DNA from: Thermoplasmata archaeon
GTDB lineage: Archaea; Thermoplasmatota; Thermoplasmata; Lutacidiplasmatales; UBA184
Direction: 5' to 3'
NCBI GenBank assembly: GCA_027315165.1
Contig: DAHUYN010000004.1
Coordinates: 15,517 to 79,516 of the forward strand
Length of the DNA stretch: 64,000 nt
Positions 47,142 to 54,466 of the stretch are shown one piece after another (position 1 is the first letter of the stretch; each line of letters begins with the position of its first letter). The position numbers and the translations under genes were made by a program. The notes beneath the pieces were generated by a model. The model had not been told where the DNA came from and searched no databases. It saw only the letters and a list, made by a program, of their open reading frames with translations.

Positions 47142-47170
47142 GTATAACTGGAGTTATACGAACCCCTTTT
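47142..47170 (+). terminator. Perfect 7-bp hairpin GTATAAC-TGGA-GTTATAC followed by gaaccCCTTTT: candidate intrinsic terminator-like element or protein-binding palindrome in the ORF-free tract
   Basis: Read directly from the sequence. T-tracts are rare in this GC-rich DNA. Confidence 0.25.
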
Positions 47171-47718
47171 CGGCCCCCGATCGCCCTCGAGAGCCCCCCT
47201 CTCTGGACGGACGGAGAGCCCGGCCAGGGCCCCTCGCACTCGACTGGGGGGCCCGAGGGGCCGCGCTCGCTCCCCGCACCCTCACCTTGCGTATCGACCT
47301 CCCCTGGCGCGGCGGCTCGCGGGGACTGTGGCGGCTACGCCGCCCGTCGCGGACTCGCCAGGACCGGGGACGCGATGTCCGCCGAGGACGACCGCGCGTC
47401 TCGCGGATCGCGCCGCGAGTTTCGACTGCCTACCGAGGTTTGCGTGTCGCCACGCCGCGTCATACGCGGTCAGGGGGAGATCACGTGGCCAGATCCCCGT
47501 CGTGAAGCCACCTCGACTCCCCTCCCTCTGCCGAGCCGTTGCGAGTGGTGAGCTCGGTCGATGGCCGTCGCGAGTTGGAGAATATGCACTCTACAGTCAC
47601 GGTGGGTGCGCAACGGTCACGACTAAGGCATCTAGATGGCTCATCGCACCATCGGCGACTCCCGTCCTCGACCCGGACCGGACGCCGGCCAACCCGGGCT
47701 TCTCGTGGCCTCCAGAGT

Positions 47719-47743
47719 CCACATATGTATCCACATATGTGGA
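47719..47743. repeat. CCACATATGTA tCCACATATGT gga: tandem copies of the 11-mer seen at 46223; the second copy is embedded in the perfect palindrome TCCACATATGTGGA
   Basis: It lies just downstream of the stop of the minus-strand GNAT gene, at the right edge of the 880-bp ORF-free tract. Confidence 0.3.
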
Positions 47744-47751
47744 GTCGTAAC

Positions 47752-48318
47752 CTACGTTCGCGTACGCGTCTTTCGCGCTCGTTGCCACTCCCGCTTGAGC
47801 AGGCCGAAGACGAGGTCGTCGCGGGCGACACCGTCCTTGACGATCGCGCCTCGAAGCCGTCCCTCGAGGCGGAAGCCCGCCTTTTCCAAGACGTGCGCGG
47901 AGCGGTCGTTGCCGGGGAAGGTGCCCGCCTCGACGCGCTCGAGCGCGAGGGGTCCGAAGGCGAGCTCGAGCAGGCCCTCCAACATCTCGCTCGCGTAGCC
48001 GTGGCCCCAGTGCCGCACGCCCAGCCAGTAGCCCGCCTCGCCCCGCCGGTGCTCACGGTGGATCTCGTGCAACGACACGCCGCCGACCAGACGACCGCTC
48101 GAGCGCTCGATCGCCCACAGGGACAGGGCTTGACCGCGCCGGTGCTTGAGGCGCGTGCGCGCGAGCCACTCACGCTCCTGCGAGAGGGTGAGCGGATAGG
48201 GTACACCGAGGAGCCATCGAGAGACCCGGCGGTCCCGAAGCATCGCGTAGGCCTCGGGGAGGTGCCGCTCGCCCGGTCTCTCGAGACGAAGGCGCGCGAG
48301 CTCTCGAGGAAGTCTCAC
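47752..48318 (-). CDS. GNAT-family N-acetyltransferase (RimJ/RimL-like)
   Basis: 188 aa with a GTG start. ...GEAGYWLGVRHWGHGYASEML... (acetyl-CoA motif A) and ...HVLEKAGFRLEG.... Confidence 0.8.
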   Translation of the reverse strand: MRLPRELARLRLERPGERHLPEAYAMLRDRRVSRWLLGVPYPLTLSQEREWLARTRLKHRRGQALSLWAIERSSGRLVGGVSLHEIHREHRRGEAGYWLGVRHWGHGYASEMLEGLLELAFGPLALERVEAGTFPGNDRSAHVLEKAGFRLEGRLRGAIVKDGVARDDLVFGLLKREWQRARKTRTRT

Positions 48319-48534
48319 CGAAGCGAAGGAGCCAGGAGGGTCTACGATGTCGAGCTCAGCGTTCTCCGCGCTATACGGTTTCCCGACAGAGTCCCTCGAA
48401 GCCGTTGTTCAGACTCGCGCGAGGGAGACGGGAGGCGCTGGACATTCGACCTCCGGTAAAAAGCCCTATTATCTCCCGGCGCGCATGGGCCCGTGCAGCC
48501 GGGACTCCCGTCCACGCGTTGCAGAGAGACAGCA

Positions 48535-49503
48535 ATGATGGCAGCGGAGGCGAAGAAGGTCTGGATGGATGGGAAGCTCGTCGACGGCGCCGACGCGAAG
48601 GTGCACGTCCTGAGCCACACGCTCCACTACGGTGTGGGGGTCTTCGAGGGCATCCGCTGCTACGATACCCCGAGGGGGCCGGCGATCTTCCGTCTCGAGG
48701 AGCACGTCGCGCGGCTTCTCGCGTCGGCCAGGGTCTACCGGATGCCGAGCCCGTACTCGCACGAGCAGATCTGCCGCGCGATCGTCGATACGCAGGCCGC
48801 CAACGGGATCACCCCGTCCTACATCCGACCGATCCTCTACCGTGGCGAGCCCGCTCTCGGTGTGAAGAACCAGAAGGGGAAGGTCTCGCTCGCGGTCGCC
48901 GCGATCCCCGCGAAGAAGTACCTCGGTGAGTCCTCGGACTCTGGTGTCCGGGCCAAGATCTCGCCGTTCCGAAAGTTCCACTCCGACTCGATCCCGAGCT
49001 TCGCCAAGACCTGTGGCAACTACATCAACAGCTACCTCGCCGGCATCGACGCGGCCGAGGACGGCTACGAGGAGGCGATCCTCCTCGACCACAACGGCTT
49101 CCTGGCCGAGGGGACGGGAGAGAACCTCTTCCTCGTTCGGGACGGCGTACTCTACACGCCGGGGCCGGAGTCGGATATCCTCCTCGGGATCACGAGGGCC
49201 TCCGTGATCGAGATCGCGAACGACCTCGGGCTCAAGGTGGTCGAGAAGCTGCTCACGGTCAACGAGCTGCTCGTCGCCGAGGAGGCGTTCTTCTCGGGGA
49301 CCTACGCCGAGATCGCTCCGATCCGCGAGGTCGGGCATTATCCGATCGGGACCGGCAAGCCGGGTCGCCTCACACGCGACATCCAGGACGTCTTCTACAA
49401 GCTCGTACGAGGAGAGGAGCCCCGCTACGCCAAGTGGCTCCACCCGGTCACGACGACCGCCGCCCCCGTGGCGCGGACCGCGCGACGGGCCGGGACCGCC
49501 TAG
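48535..49503 (+). CDS. ilvE: Branched-chain amino acid aminotransferase
   Basis: MMAAEAKKVWMDGKLVDGADAKVHVLSHTLHYGVGVFEGIRCY..., PLP-lysine region FRKFHSDSIPSFAKTCGNYINS, EGTGENLFLV. Start set at the internal Met doublet. Confidence 0.85.
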   Translation: MMAAEAKKVWMDGKLVDGADAKVHVLSHTLHYGVGVFEGIRCYDTPRGPAIFRLEEHVARLLASARVYRMPSPYSHEQICRAIVDTQAANGITPSYIRPILYRGEPALGVKNQKGKVSLAVAAIPAKKYLGESSDSGVRAKISPFRKFHSDSIPSFAKTCGNYINSYLAGIDAAEDGYEEAILLDHNGFLAEGTGENLFLVRDGVLYTPGPESDILLGITRASVIEIANDLGLKVVEKLLTVNELLVAEEAFFSGTYAEIAPIREVGHYPIGTGKPGRLTRDIQDVFYKLVRGEEPRYAKWLHPVTTTAAPVARTARRAGTA

Positions 49504-49976
49504 CGCGACCGACGGCGCGCGGGCGGTGCCGTCGGCTCCTCGACGTCGGGGTCCTCGACGACGGCCGGCGGAGGCTGGGGGAAGCCCCGGCGAGAGGTGT
49601 GGAGGTGCGGGTCCGGCCGCCAGACCAGCTCGACGCGGAGCCCGTCCGGCCCCTTGAGGAAGAGCGAACGCGAGTCATCCCGCTCCTTCTCGCCGACGAC
49701 GACGATACGGGCCCGTCGAACGCGGTTCTGAAGGCCGGTCCAGGTCGCGACACGCAGGGCGAGGTGGTGAATGCCGTCCGGCTTTCGTCCCTTCTCGGCG
49801 TCGCGCAGCCCGAGGACCTGGTCCCCGAAGAGGAGGAACGTGTGGTCCGGCCCCTCCCCGATCACGTCGAGGCCGAGCTGGTCGACGAAGAAGTGCCGGG
49901 CCTTGGCCCGGTCCGGGACGAGCAGGTCGACGTGGTCGAATCCGGTGAGCTCTATCTGCGAGACGGGCGGAGACAC
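49500..49976 (-). CDS. VOC-family (glyoxalase / bleomycin-resistance / dioxygenase fold) protein
   Basis: GFDHVDLLVPDRAKARHFFVDQLGL...IHHLALRV...GLRVELV. GTG start. The upstream 500 nt of the track ORF is non-coding. Confidence 0.65.
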   Translation of the reverse strand: MSPPVSQIELTGFDHVDLLVPDRAKARHFFVDQLGLDVIGEGPDHTFLLFGDQVLGLRDAEKGRKPDGIHHLALRVATWTGLQNRVRRARIVVVGEKERDDSRSLFLKGPDGLRVELVWRPDPHLHTSRRGFPQPPPAVVEDPDVEEPTAPPARRRSR

Positions 49977-50181
49977 ACGATCCCTCGAGCCAAAGGCTCG
50001 CCGCGGCGGAGCCGGCCACCGTATTTGGGCTCTTGGAGGTCCCGCGCCGGCGACACGACCCCGGTCGGGGACCGGGCCCGGTCCTCGCCGAAGCCACGCC
50101 AGTAGAGGAATTAAATAGGCGAAGAGAAGGGCGGCGTACCACCGGGTGTCGCCGTTGGAGAGGGAGGGGTCCGCGGAGCCC

Positions 50182-50226
50182 GAGCCCGCCCCGAACGAGC
50201 CCGCCCCGAACGAGCCCGCCCCGAAC
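50182..50226. repeat. Perfect tandem repeat, 3 x 15 bp (GAGCCCGCCCCGAAC)
   Basis: Read directly. It would encode EPAPN x3 if translated in the flippase frame. It sits between the divergent VOC and flippase genes. Confidence 0.9.
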
Positions 50227-50247
50227 GCCTCCCGTCTCGACGAGACG

Positions 50248-51837
50248 CTCCGCAGCATGAGCCGCGGGACGTCGGTGATGGTCGTCGCAACGCTCCTCGT
50301 CGTCGTCCTGCAGTTCTTCACACGCGCGATCGTCACGCGCAACGTCACGACGGACCAGTGGGGCGAGTTCAACCTCGGCTTCTCGCTCGCCTCCCTCCTC
50401 GCCCTCACCGCCGCCTTCGGGATCCCGACCGCGACCGCGAGGTCGCTCGCCTTCGAGCAGACGCTCGAGGCGCGGTTCGCGCTCGTGCGCAAGGCGATCT
50501 ACGTGAGCGTCCCGGTCGGGGCCGTCGCGGGCATCTTGGTCTACGTCTTCGCCGGCGCGATCGCCGCGCCGTTCGCCAAGGCCGGCCAACCGAGCCTGAC
50601 GCCCGTCTTCCAGCTGTTCTCGGTGAGCATCGCCCTGACGATGCTCTCGAACGTCCTCGTCGGGATCTTCCAGGGGCTCGAGCGGGCCGAGCCGTACGCG
50701 ATCTTCATCCAGATCGTCAACCCCGCGCTGTTCCTCGCCTTCACCGCGGCGCTCCTCGGGCTCCGGGCCGGGTTCGAGGGTGTGCTGATCGGCTACGTGC
50801 TCTCCTGGGTCGGCTCGTTCGCCGGGCTGGCCGTCTACACCTATCGCCGACTGCCCCCGCTCCTCCGCCGCCTCTCGACGAAGGAGTTTACGGGGGATGC
50901 GAGCGGTCGCGTCCCCTTCGTGGCCCTCTCGGTGACGCTGTTCGGCGTCGCCGCGCTCTCCTACGTCACCTCCTACGCCGACACGCTCTTGCTCGGCGTG
51001 TTCCGCGCGGCGACCCCCGTCGGCGAGTACTCCTCGGCGATGACGCTCACGCGGCTCCTCCTGGTCGGGACCGGTACGGTGACGTTCATCTACCTCCCGA
51101 TCACCTCGAGGCTGCGACGGCAGCGCGACTTCGAGGGCCTCCGGTCGACCTACATCACCGTGACGCGCTGGATGACCCTGCTCGCGGTCCCGTTCACGTT
51201 CGTCTTCTTCTTCGATGCCCGGTTCTCGCTCGCGTTCTCCTTCGGCCCCCTCCAGGTCGGCGGGAGCCAGGCCCTGATGATCCTCGTGGTCGCGAACACG
51301 CTCGCGATCGCGCTCGGCCCCTCCGTCTCGACCCTCGGCGGGCTCGGAGAGACGCGCCTGGTCCTGTGGTTCACCGTTGTCTCCGCCCTCTCGAACGTGG
51401 TGCTCTGCTTCGTCCTCATCCCGCCCTACGGGCTCGTCGGGGCCGCCGTGGCCTGGTCCGTCGCCCGGCTCGTGTTCCCCGCGCTCGCCCTCGCGAGGAT
51501 CTACCAGGAGCACCGCATCACGCCCTTCGGGCGCACCTTCGTCCGGCCCTCCCTGCTGAGCCTCGCCATCCTGCTGCCCGTCTTCGTCTTCCTCCTCCCC
51601 CGTCCGACCCTGATCTGGCTCCCGATCCTCGTCCTGTTCCCGCTCGTCGTCTTCCTCGGCTCGATTCTCCTCCTCCGGTGCGTCGAGCCGGGGGACCTCC
51701 ACTTCGCGATGACCCTCGAACGCCGCCTCGGCCCGGTCGCACGACCCATCCGTCGGCTCCTAGAGGCCCGCCTGGTCCCCGGCTCCGTGGTCCCCGAGAG
51801 CCTCCCGCCGCGTCGTCCGCGCGGACCGCCGCCCTAG
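50248..51837 (+). CDS. Polysaccharide biosynthesis protein / oligosaccharide flippase (MOP superfamily, Wzx-like), second copy
   Basis: 12 or more TM helices, a few tens of residues longer than the gene at 15290, with the same family layout. The start could instead be at 50146, which would include the tandem repeat. Confidence 0.7.
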   Translation, partial: LRSMSRGTSVMVVATLLVVVLQFFTRAIVTRNVTTDQWGEFNLGFSLASLLALTAAFGIPTATARSLAFEQTLEARFALVRKAIYVSVPVGAVAGILVYVFAGAIAAPFAKAGQPSLTPVFQLFSVSIALTMLSNVLVGIFQGLERAEPYAIFIQIVNPALFLAFTAALLGLRAGFEGVLIGYVLSWVGSFAGLAVYTYRRLPPLLRRLSTKEFTGDASGRVPFVALSVTLFGVAALSYVTSYADTLLLGVFRAATPVGEYSSAMTLTRLLLVGTGTVTFIYLPITSRLRRQRDFEGLRSTYITVTRWMTLLAVPFTFVFFFDARFSLAFSFGPLQVGGSQALMILVVANTLAIALGPSVSTLGGLGETRLVLWFTVVSALSNVVLCFVLIPPYGLVGAAVAWSVARLVFPALALARIYQEHRITPFGRTFVRPSLLSLAILLPVFVFLLPRPTLIWLPILVLFPLVVFLGSILLLRCVEPGDLHFAMTLERRLGPVARPIRRLLEARLVPGSVVPESLPPRRPRGPPP

Positions 51838-52490
51838 CCCGACCGGACGGTCCCGGGCGCCTGGCGCTGCCGCTGGAACTCGAGGGCGCGCCGCAGCACC
51901 TCGTCGAGGTCCTCGATCCCCTCGAGGGTGGCGACCCCTCCCGGAGCCCGACGGTCGGGCTCGGCCGACGGGACCATGTGGAAGCCGAACCGCTCGACGA
52001 TGGTCCTCGAGGCGGCGTTGTCACCGAGGACCGTCCCGCCCCCTCGCCGAACGCCGAGCTCGAGGCAGCTCCGGTACATCTCGATCGCGAGCGCTGTGCC
52101 GATCCCCCGACCCCGGTGGCCGTCGGCGACGAGGTAGCCGAAGCGGCCCCAGACGGGTTGCCCCGGTCGGGCGACGAACCGGATCGTCGCGTAGGCGCAG
52201 GGGGCCGCAATCGTCTCGGGGACGGCGACGAACACGAGGAACGTCAGGTTCGGCACGCGACGGAGAAGTCGGCGCGCCCAGCGCCTCGTACCCACCATCC
52301 AGAGGAAGAGCGGCACGAGGCGGAGCCGGTCCCGCGGGTACGGGTGGTGGAACCGACGGGCCTCGGCGGAGATCCCTCGGTAGAGTCGAACGAGCGCCGG
52401 GACGTCGCGAAGCCTCGCGGCCCGCCATTGGTAGCCGCGAGGGAACGGCCACGGCGCCGGGGGGTCGATGCGGGACGAATCGGCAGCCAT
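51834..52490 (-). CDS. GNAT-family acetyltransferase with a ~100-aa N-terminal extension (paralog A)
   Basis: HRGRGIGTALAIEM (motif A), FGF. A TATA-like CTTCTATACT lies 26-33 nt upstream of the ATG. Confidence 0.7.
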   Translation of the reverse strand: MAADSSRIDPPAPWPFPRGYQWRAARLRDVPALVRLYRGISAEARRFHHPYPRDRLRLVPLFLWMVGTRRWARRLLRRVPNLTFLVFVAVPETIAAPCAYATIRFVARPGQPVWGRFGYLVADGHRGRGIGTALAIEMYRSCLELGVRRGGGTVLGDNAASRTIVERFGFHMVPSAEPDRRAPGGVATLEGIEDLDEVLRRALEFQRQRQAPGTVRSG

Positions 52491-52515
52491 TCCTCACCCG
52501 GAGCGGAGGTTCGCG

Positions 52516-52525
52516 AGTATAGAAG
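52516..52525 (-). promoter_or_regulatory. TATA-like box (cTTCTATACt on the coding strand) for GNAT paralog A
   Basis: It is 26-33 nt upstream of the ATG at 52490. Confidence 0.35.
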
Positions 52526-52632
52526 GCATGGCTCTTGAACGCTCCCAGTAGCTTCTCCCAAACGAGCCCTTTCCCGCGACCGCGAGCTCCCGCGGTCGCT
52601 CCGGTCGAGGCGGCGAGATTCCCCGTCGCACT

Positions 52633-52640
52633 CTATATAC
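52633..52640 (+). promoter_or_regulatory. TATA-like box CTATATAC for GNAT paralog B
   Basis: It is about 45 nt upstream of the ATG at 52683. Confidence 0.35.
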
Positions 52641-52682
52641 CGGGAGACCGCGACCGGGCCGAGCCCAGGGAGCCGTCCGACG

Positions 52683-53339
52683 ATGCCCACCGAGCCCACG
52701 ACCCCGGCCGCCCCTCCGCCGAGCGGGCCGCGTCCCGAGGTCGACATCCGCCCGGCCCGATGGCGGGACCTGCCGACGCTCGTCCGGCTCTATCGGAGCC
52801 AGCCTCCCGCGTCGCGGGCCCTCTACCATCCCTTCCCGTTCGACCGACCTCGGCTCTACGCGATCTTCGCCTACATGGTCGCGACGCGGCCGTTCCTCAA
52901 GGGGATGGTCCGCCGAGGACGGTCGCGGACCGCCGTCCTCCTCGTCGCCCGCGTCGGGGGGTCTCGCCGCCCGATCGGCTACGGCAACGTGGCGTTCCAT
53001 CACGTCGAGGGCCACCCGCACGCGATCTTCGGCTACCTCGTCGACGAGCGCGCTCGCGGCCACGGCGTCGGGACCCGGCTCCACGAGGTGATGATCGACG
53101 AGGCGCTCCGCCTCGGCGTCACGAAGGGCGGCGGAATGGTCGTGGTCGAGAACACCGCGAACGTGCGGATCCTCGAGAAGCTCGGATTCCTCCTCACGCG
53201 CTCGGACATCGTCGACGCCGGAGCGCCCACCTCCGCCAACTACGTCTCCGAGGGCGACCTCGAGGCGATCGCCCGTCGGATCCGCGAGGGGCGCGTCGCC
53301 CCGAGCGGCCCGGACGCGGGCACCCCGGCTCCGCACTAG
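52683..53339 (+). CDS. GNAT-family acetyltransferase with an N-terminal extension (paralog B)
   Basis: It shares ARWRDLPTLVRLYR...YHPFPFDRPRLYAIFAYMVATR with paralog A (ARLRDVPALVRLYR...HHPYPRDRLRLVPLFLWMVGTR). Motif A ARGHGVGTRL. Confidence 0.7.
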   Translation: MPTEPTTPAAPPPSGPRPEVDIRPARWRDLPTLVRLYRSQPPASRALYHPFPFDRPRLYAIFAYMVATRPFLKGMVRRGRSRTAVLLVARVGGSRRPIGYGNVAFHHVEGHPHAIFGYLVDERARGHGVGTRLHEVMIDEALRLGVTKGGGMVVVENTANVRILEKLGFLLTRSDIVDAGAPTSANYVSEGDLEAIARRIREGRVAPSGPDAGTPAPH

Positions 53340-54355
53340 GCCTTGGCGCCGGCGAGCTGGGCTCGCGACCAGGTGATCGTGCGGTCCACGCCCTGCTCGA
53401 AGCCGACCCTCTCGGACCAGCCCAGCCTCTGGAGCCGGCCGTTGTCCGAGACGAGCGCCGGGCTCCCGACGACCTTCTTCTTGAGGTCGACGATCGGGAG
53501 CGAGCCCCCGACCTTCCGCCCGATCATCGCGGCCAGGTCCCCGACGGTCGTGCCCCGACCCGTCCCGAGGTTGATCGGGCCGGCGTCCTCGCTCGCGGCG
53601 ACCTGGACGAGCGCATCGATCGTGTCGTCGATGTACATCAGGTCGCGGACCGTGCTCGGGTCCCACAGCTCCATCCGACCCTCGGTCAGCGCCTGCCGGA
53701 TCAGCTGCGGGACGATGTAGTCGCCCGCCTGACCGACCCCGAAGGTGTTGAAGTTGCGGACGATCGCGACCGACCGGCCGTAGTTGCGCTTGTAGGAGCC
53801 CGCGAGGTCCTCACCGATGATCTTCGTCACCGAGTACGGATCGCTCCCCTTCCTCGGGTGGCCCTCGTCGATCGGAAGCCGCTCGGGCGCGCCGTAGACC
53901 GCCGCGCTCGACATGAAGACGACCCGCGAGGTCGCGGGCGCGTGCCGCAGGATGTTCTCGAGCCCGACGACGTTCACGTCGAAGGCGAGGGGGAAGTCCT
54001 GCTTGCAGGCGCGCGGGTTCGCGACGGCGGCGAGATGGAAGACGACCTCGGGGGAGCGCTCGGCCATCCCGCGTCGTACCTCCTCGCCGTGGCGGATGTC
54101 GAGCGGGACCGTCTCAAAGCCGTTCTGCGAAGCGAGCGAGGCCCAGTCCGGCCTCGCGACGGAGAGGTTGTCGGCCCCGGTGACACTCGCCCCCGCCTTC
54201 GAGAGCCGGAGGCAGAGGTGCGAGCCGAGGAACCCCGCGGCGCCGGTGATCAGGACCCGCTTGCCGGAGAAGCTCCGCTCGGCCTCGTCGATCGTGGGCG
54301 CCACGGGCCGTCGCGTGCGGGGCGGGGGTATAATGGTGGCGGAACGGTCTCGCAC
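53336..54355 (-). CDS. NAD-dependent epimerase/dehydratase (extended SDR; UDP-sugar epimerase or decarboxylase-like)
   Basis: Rossmann motif VLITGAAGFLGSHL, catalytic triad region MSSAAVYG...YSVTK. The real start may be internal (the N-terminal 25 aa are Pro/Arg-rich). Confidence 0.85.
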   Translation of the reverse strand: MRDRSATIIPPPRTRRPVAPTIDEAERSFSGKRVLITGAAGFLGSHLCLRLSKAGASVTGADNLSVARPDWASLASQNGFETVPLDIRHGEEVRRGMAERSPEVVFHLAAVANPRACKQDFPLAFDVNVVGLENILRHAPATSRVVFMSSAAVYGAPERLPIDEGHPRKGSDPYSVTKIIGEDLAGSYKRNYGRSVAIVRNFNTFGVGQAGDYIVPQLIRQALTEGRMELWDPSTVRDLMYIDDTIDALVQVAASEDAGPINLGTGRGTTVGDLAAMIGRKVGGSLPIVDLKKKVVGSPALVSDNGRLQRLGWSERVGFEQGVDRTITWSRAQLAGAKA

Positions 54356-54466
54356 GCCTGGGGCCGTCGGGACCCCGCACGGGCGCCGAGTCCGGTGTAG
54401 GTCTTACATAGGCTTCCCGTCTCTCCTCGCCAAGACCCGGGGCTCGCCGGGCGGACGCAGAGCCTG

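Noticed and set aside
47237-47275. GC-rich 9-bp inverted repeat GGCCCCTCG ... CGAGGGGCC in the ORF-free tract as an ncRNA stem
   Set aside because: Such GC stems arise by chance at this GC content. There is no supporting conservation or flanking promoter or terminator, so it is not reported as a feature.
46871-47750. Small ORFs 46871..47065, 46899..47147, 47287..47505 and 47328..47750 in the ORF-free tract
   Set aside because: They are short, Arg/Gly-rich or low-complexity, and mutually overlapping in different frames, with no motif support. They are treated as non-coding.
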